In this document: positions 61,501-64,000 of the stretch, piece after piece
How positions within the stretch are numbered: the first letter of the stretch is position 1
How the letters are laid out: the number at the start of each line of letters is the position of its first letter
Source of the DNA: Mustelus asterias
Lineage: Eukaryota
Reading direction: 5' to 3'
Assembly: GCF_964213995.1 (NCBI RefSeq)
Contig: NW_027590182.1
Coordinates: 310,001-374,000, forward strand
DNA: 64,000 nucleotides
Position numbers and translations under genes: made by a program
The notes under the pieces: generated by a model
What the model saw: the letters and a program-made list of their open reading frames with translations, nothing else
Told to the model about the DNA's origin: nothing
Database searches by the model: none

Positions 61501-62307
61501 TAGGCGGTGGCTGGGAGGATTTGGAAACACTTTGTGGATCCGCAAACCCTTCAGAATCATTGTCAGCTCCCTGGTTTGCAGCTGCGGGGCTTCTCCCTCC
61601 CTCCCTCCCGGGAACAGGCCCAGGTTAACGGCCCCATCCTGGCTCAGCCACTGGAGGATGGTTCACATCAGAGGATGGGGGAGGGGGACAATAAATAAGA
61701 GGTTACACTTTGGCCTCAAATCAATGAGGACTCTGATCTCTGGGAAGGAAGGAAACCCTGGGAGGTGGGCGGGGAGGATTCACAAACACCCGCTGGAGGC
61801 CCCAACACCCCCAGTAAAAAGCTGCAGCTCCCTGCAGTGACCAGGAGAGAAAATAATTGATTTTATTTTCACTCTGTACAAAAGAGAACTGAACCCAGCC
61901 AGAATAGAGGGTGGGAGAAAAGATTTGTGAAGATATTTCACACTGGGTTTGCCAGGCTGACCAACTCTCTCAGAGAAAATGAAAGGACATCCTTCATGAG
62001 TCTGTCGGAGCAGGTGAGCAGTATTGTGTGCGGTGCTGCTGGAACTGTGTGGGTGGACAGGGGCTGGTTGGCAGCCAGAACAGTTGGAAGAGGGTGCTGC
62101 ACACATCCATCTTATGGGTGAAACAGCGCCCATACACCATGCAGCCTGGCACAGTGGAGTCAAACACCCGCTGGAGGCCCATTGAAATATGAGCTGGTTG
62201 GTCAGTGTGGGAGTTGGTTGCAGGACAGGGAGGAGGGAAAGTGTTCAGGATGAGGATTTACTGCTGCACAGGAACAAGTGAGGAAACGATGTTCCACAGA
62301 ACATAGT

Positions 62308-62476
62308 TTCAAATTCCAGCATCCGCAGTAATTTGCTTTGATTCCAAATAAACTTATTGGACTTTAACCTGGTGTTCTGAGACTTCTTACTATGCAAACT
62401 CCACAGAGACAGTCACCCACCGCTGGAATCGAACCCAGACTCAGTGAGGCAGCAGTGCTAACCACTGTGCCACAGT
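62308..62476. mobile_element. PLE family B tail plus family A tail (+, 62308-62391) abutting a V-SINE head (-, 62392-62476)
   Basis: attccagcatccgcagtaatttgcttt followed by ccaaataaac..ttggactttaacctggtgtt..gagacttcttact. Confidence 0.65.
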
Positions 62477-62668
62477 GAAGGGAGTTTGCCGCAAATTTCG
62501 GGTGATAACAATGGGCTGGATGTTGCTCAGAATGTGGAGCACTGCAGCAAAGTACAGAGAGACAGAGACGGAGCAGCAAACTGGACTGAGAAATGGAGTC
62601 TGCAGACTGGAACTGGCAGCATGAGGAGAGGTTATTTAGTCTAACACTCACAGCAATCTACAACCCAC

Positions 62669-64000
62669 CCCCATTACCGAGACAGTGAGACAGAGATTAC
62701 AAACACTCACCAACACAGCTCCACTGAAACGTCCGAGGAAAAAGAGGGAACCTGTGGCAGTTCCTGTCCTGAAATAGCCCCAGGACTGTCACTCAAACCC
62801 CCAACCCGGCCCAGTTCACAGCTCAGCCTCTCAGCTTGCAGCTTCCTACACCTTGAGCCAACCCTGTCCAGGTGTGGGAGGGATGTGGAACCACAGAGTG
62901 GGGGGAGGGGTGACCACCTGCTGTGCCCCAAATAGTTTCTCCTTCCCCTCCCCCTTGGCTCTCTAAGGTCTGAATGTGGATGTGTTGATGGACATTGCAG
63001 AGCCTCACTGAGCTTATCCTGGGTCACCCCCTCCCCCTGGGTTCAGTGTGTTCAGTTCGCTGCTTCTTTCCCTGCTGAACCTTCAGTTAATCAAAAACAG
63101 AAAGTGCTGGAAAACCTCAGCAGGTCTGATCGCATCTGTGATCATCCAGACTGGAAGCATTAACTCCATTCTCTCTCCACAGATGCTGTCAGACCTGCTG
63201 AGATTTTCCAGCATTTTCTGTTTCTGTTTCAGATTCCAGCGTCCGCAGTATTTTGCTTTTATCTTCATTTAAACAAGCATTCTTTGACGGCCTTTACCCT
63301 CCGTGCTCCTTTCCAGAGCTTCCCACCTTCTGCTATTGTCCCTGACTCCCACATTAACTGTCATTCCTTCCCTTTATCCCGCTCGAAACTCAGGCTCAGA
63401 GTTTTAGCGCCATCTCCCCCTCCCCCAGCCTCCACATCCCAACACCCGGAATCTCTAACCCAGCGGTTCCAGTTTGTCTGGTTTGAGTTCAGATTTGCCG
63501 CAGCACCGACAGGATTTCACTTCAAACCAGCCGGAACTGACTGCTCACAAATCCCTAAATGTTTCTCCAGCAGCCCGGGCTTGTTAATGTTGTTTAAAGT
63601 CAGCGCCCAAATGCAGTTACTTTCCTCAGTTTAAAAAACTTCTCCGTTTAATCCAAAGTATTATTCGCACCAGACATAAACACAAAATTGTGAACGTTAC
63701 CCCCCCGCCCCCAACTCCCCCGCCCCCCCCCCCCTCCTCTCCCCCCCGCCCCCCCAACGAGACCCGAGCTGGGGTGTCCTGCGTAAGAGACATCTGTTTC
63801 GGGTGTGACAATTCTTCCACATTCTCTGGTTGACATAAAACGGAAAACGCTGGAAATTGCCCCCATTACCGAGACAGTGAGACAGAGATTACAAACACTC
63901 GCCAACACAGCTCCAGTGAAATGTCCCAGGGAAAAGGGGGAATCTGTGGCTGTTCCTGTCCTGATATCGCCCCAGGACTGTCACTCAAAACCTCAACGCC
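62669..64000. repeat. About 140-bp direct repeat (62669-62810 and 63862-64000)
   Basis: ccccattaccgagacagtgagacagagattacaaacactc...ccccaggactgtcactcaaa occurs twice, about 1.19 kb apart. Confidence 0.9.
63092..63268. mobile_element. Penelope-like family B fold-back
   Basis: Inverted arms at 63095-63140 and 63178-63225. The centre retains tcatccagact (stem II remnant). Confidence 0.65.

Overview
Vertebrate genomic DNA, almost certainly from a shark or other elasmobranch (HE1-type V-SINEs, Deu-domain SINEs, dense CR1, Rex1/Babar and L2 LINE debris). The window is a cluster of nine tandem C2H2 zinc-finger (ZF) genes and pseudogenes with 3-24 fingers each. No KRAB, SCAN or BTB domain is visible. 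The genes are mostly arranged as head-to-head pairs around duplicated, CpG-rich candidate bidirectional promoters. All six promoter modules carry the same inverted motif, TGGAGGAC-N13/16-GTCCTCCA. Most ZF exons begin with a leader of dead fingers, and the start ATG sits inside a TGEKP-type linker (MEKPWKC). Other contents: two families of Penelope-like element ends carrying minimal dimer-type hammerhead ribozyme motifs (one family shows a C3-G8 / U3-A8 covariation); a Harbinger-like MITE inserted into a finger; a tRNA-Gly-derived gene with a GTC (Asp) anticodon abutting a ZF first-exon donor; Gypsy and Copia remnants; a young CR1 with an uninterrupted 781-codon ORF2 segment; and exon-like remnants of a possible non-ZF gene. 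All calls come from reading the sequence by eye. No database search was run, and repeat boundaries are approximate.
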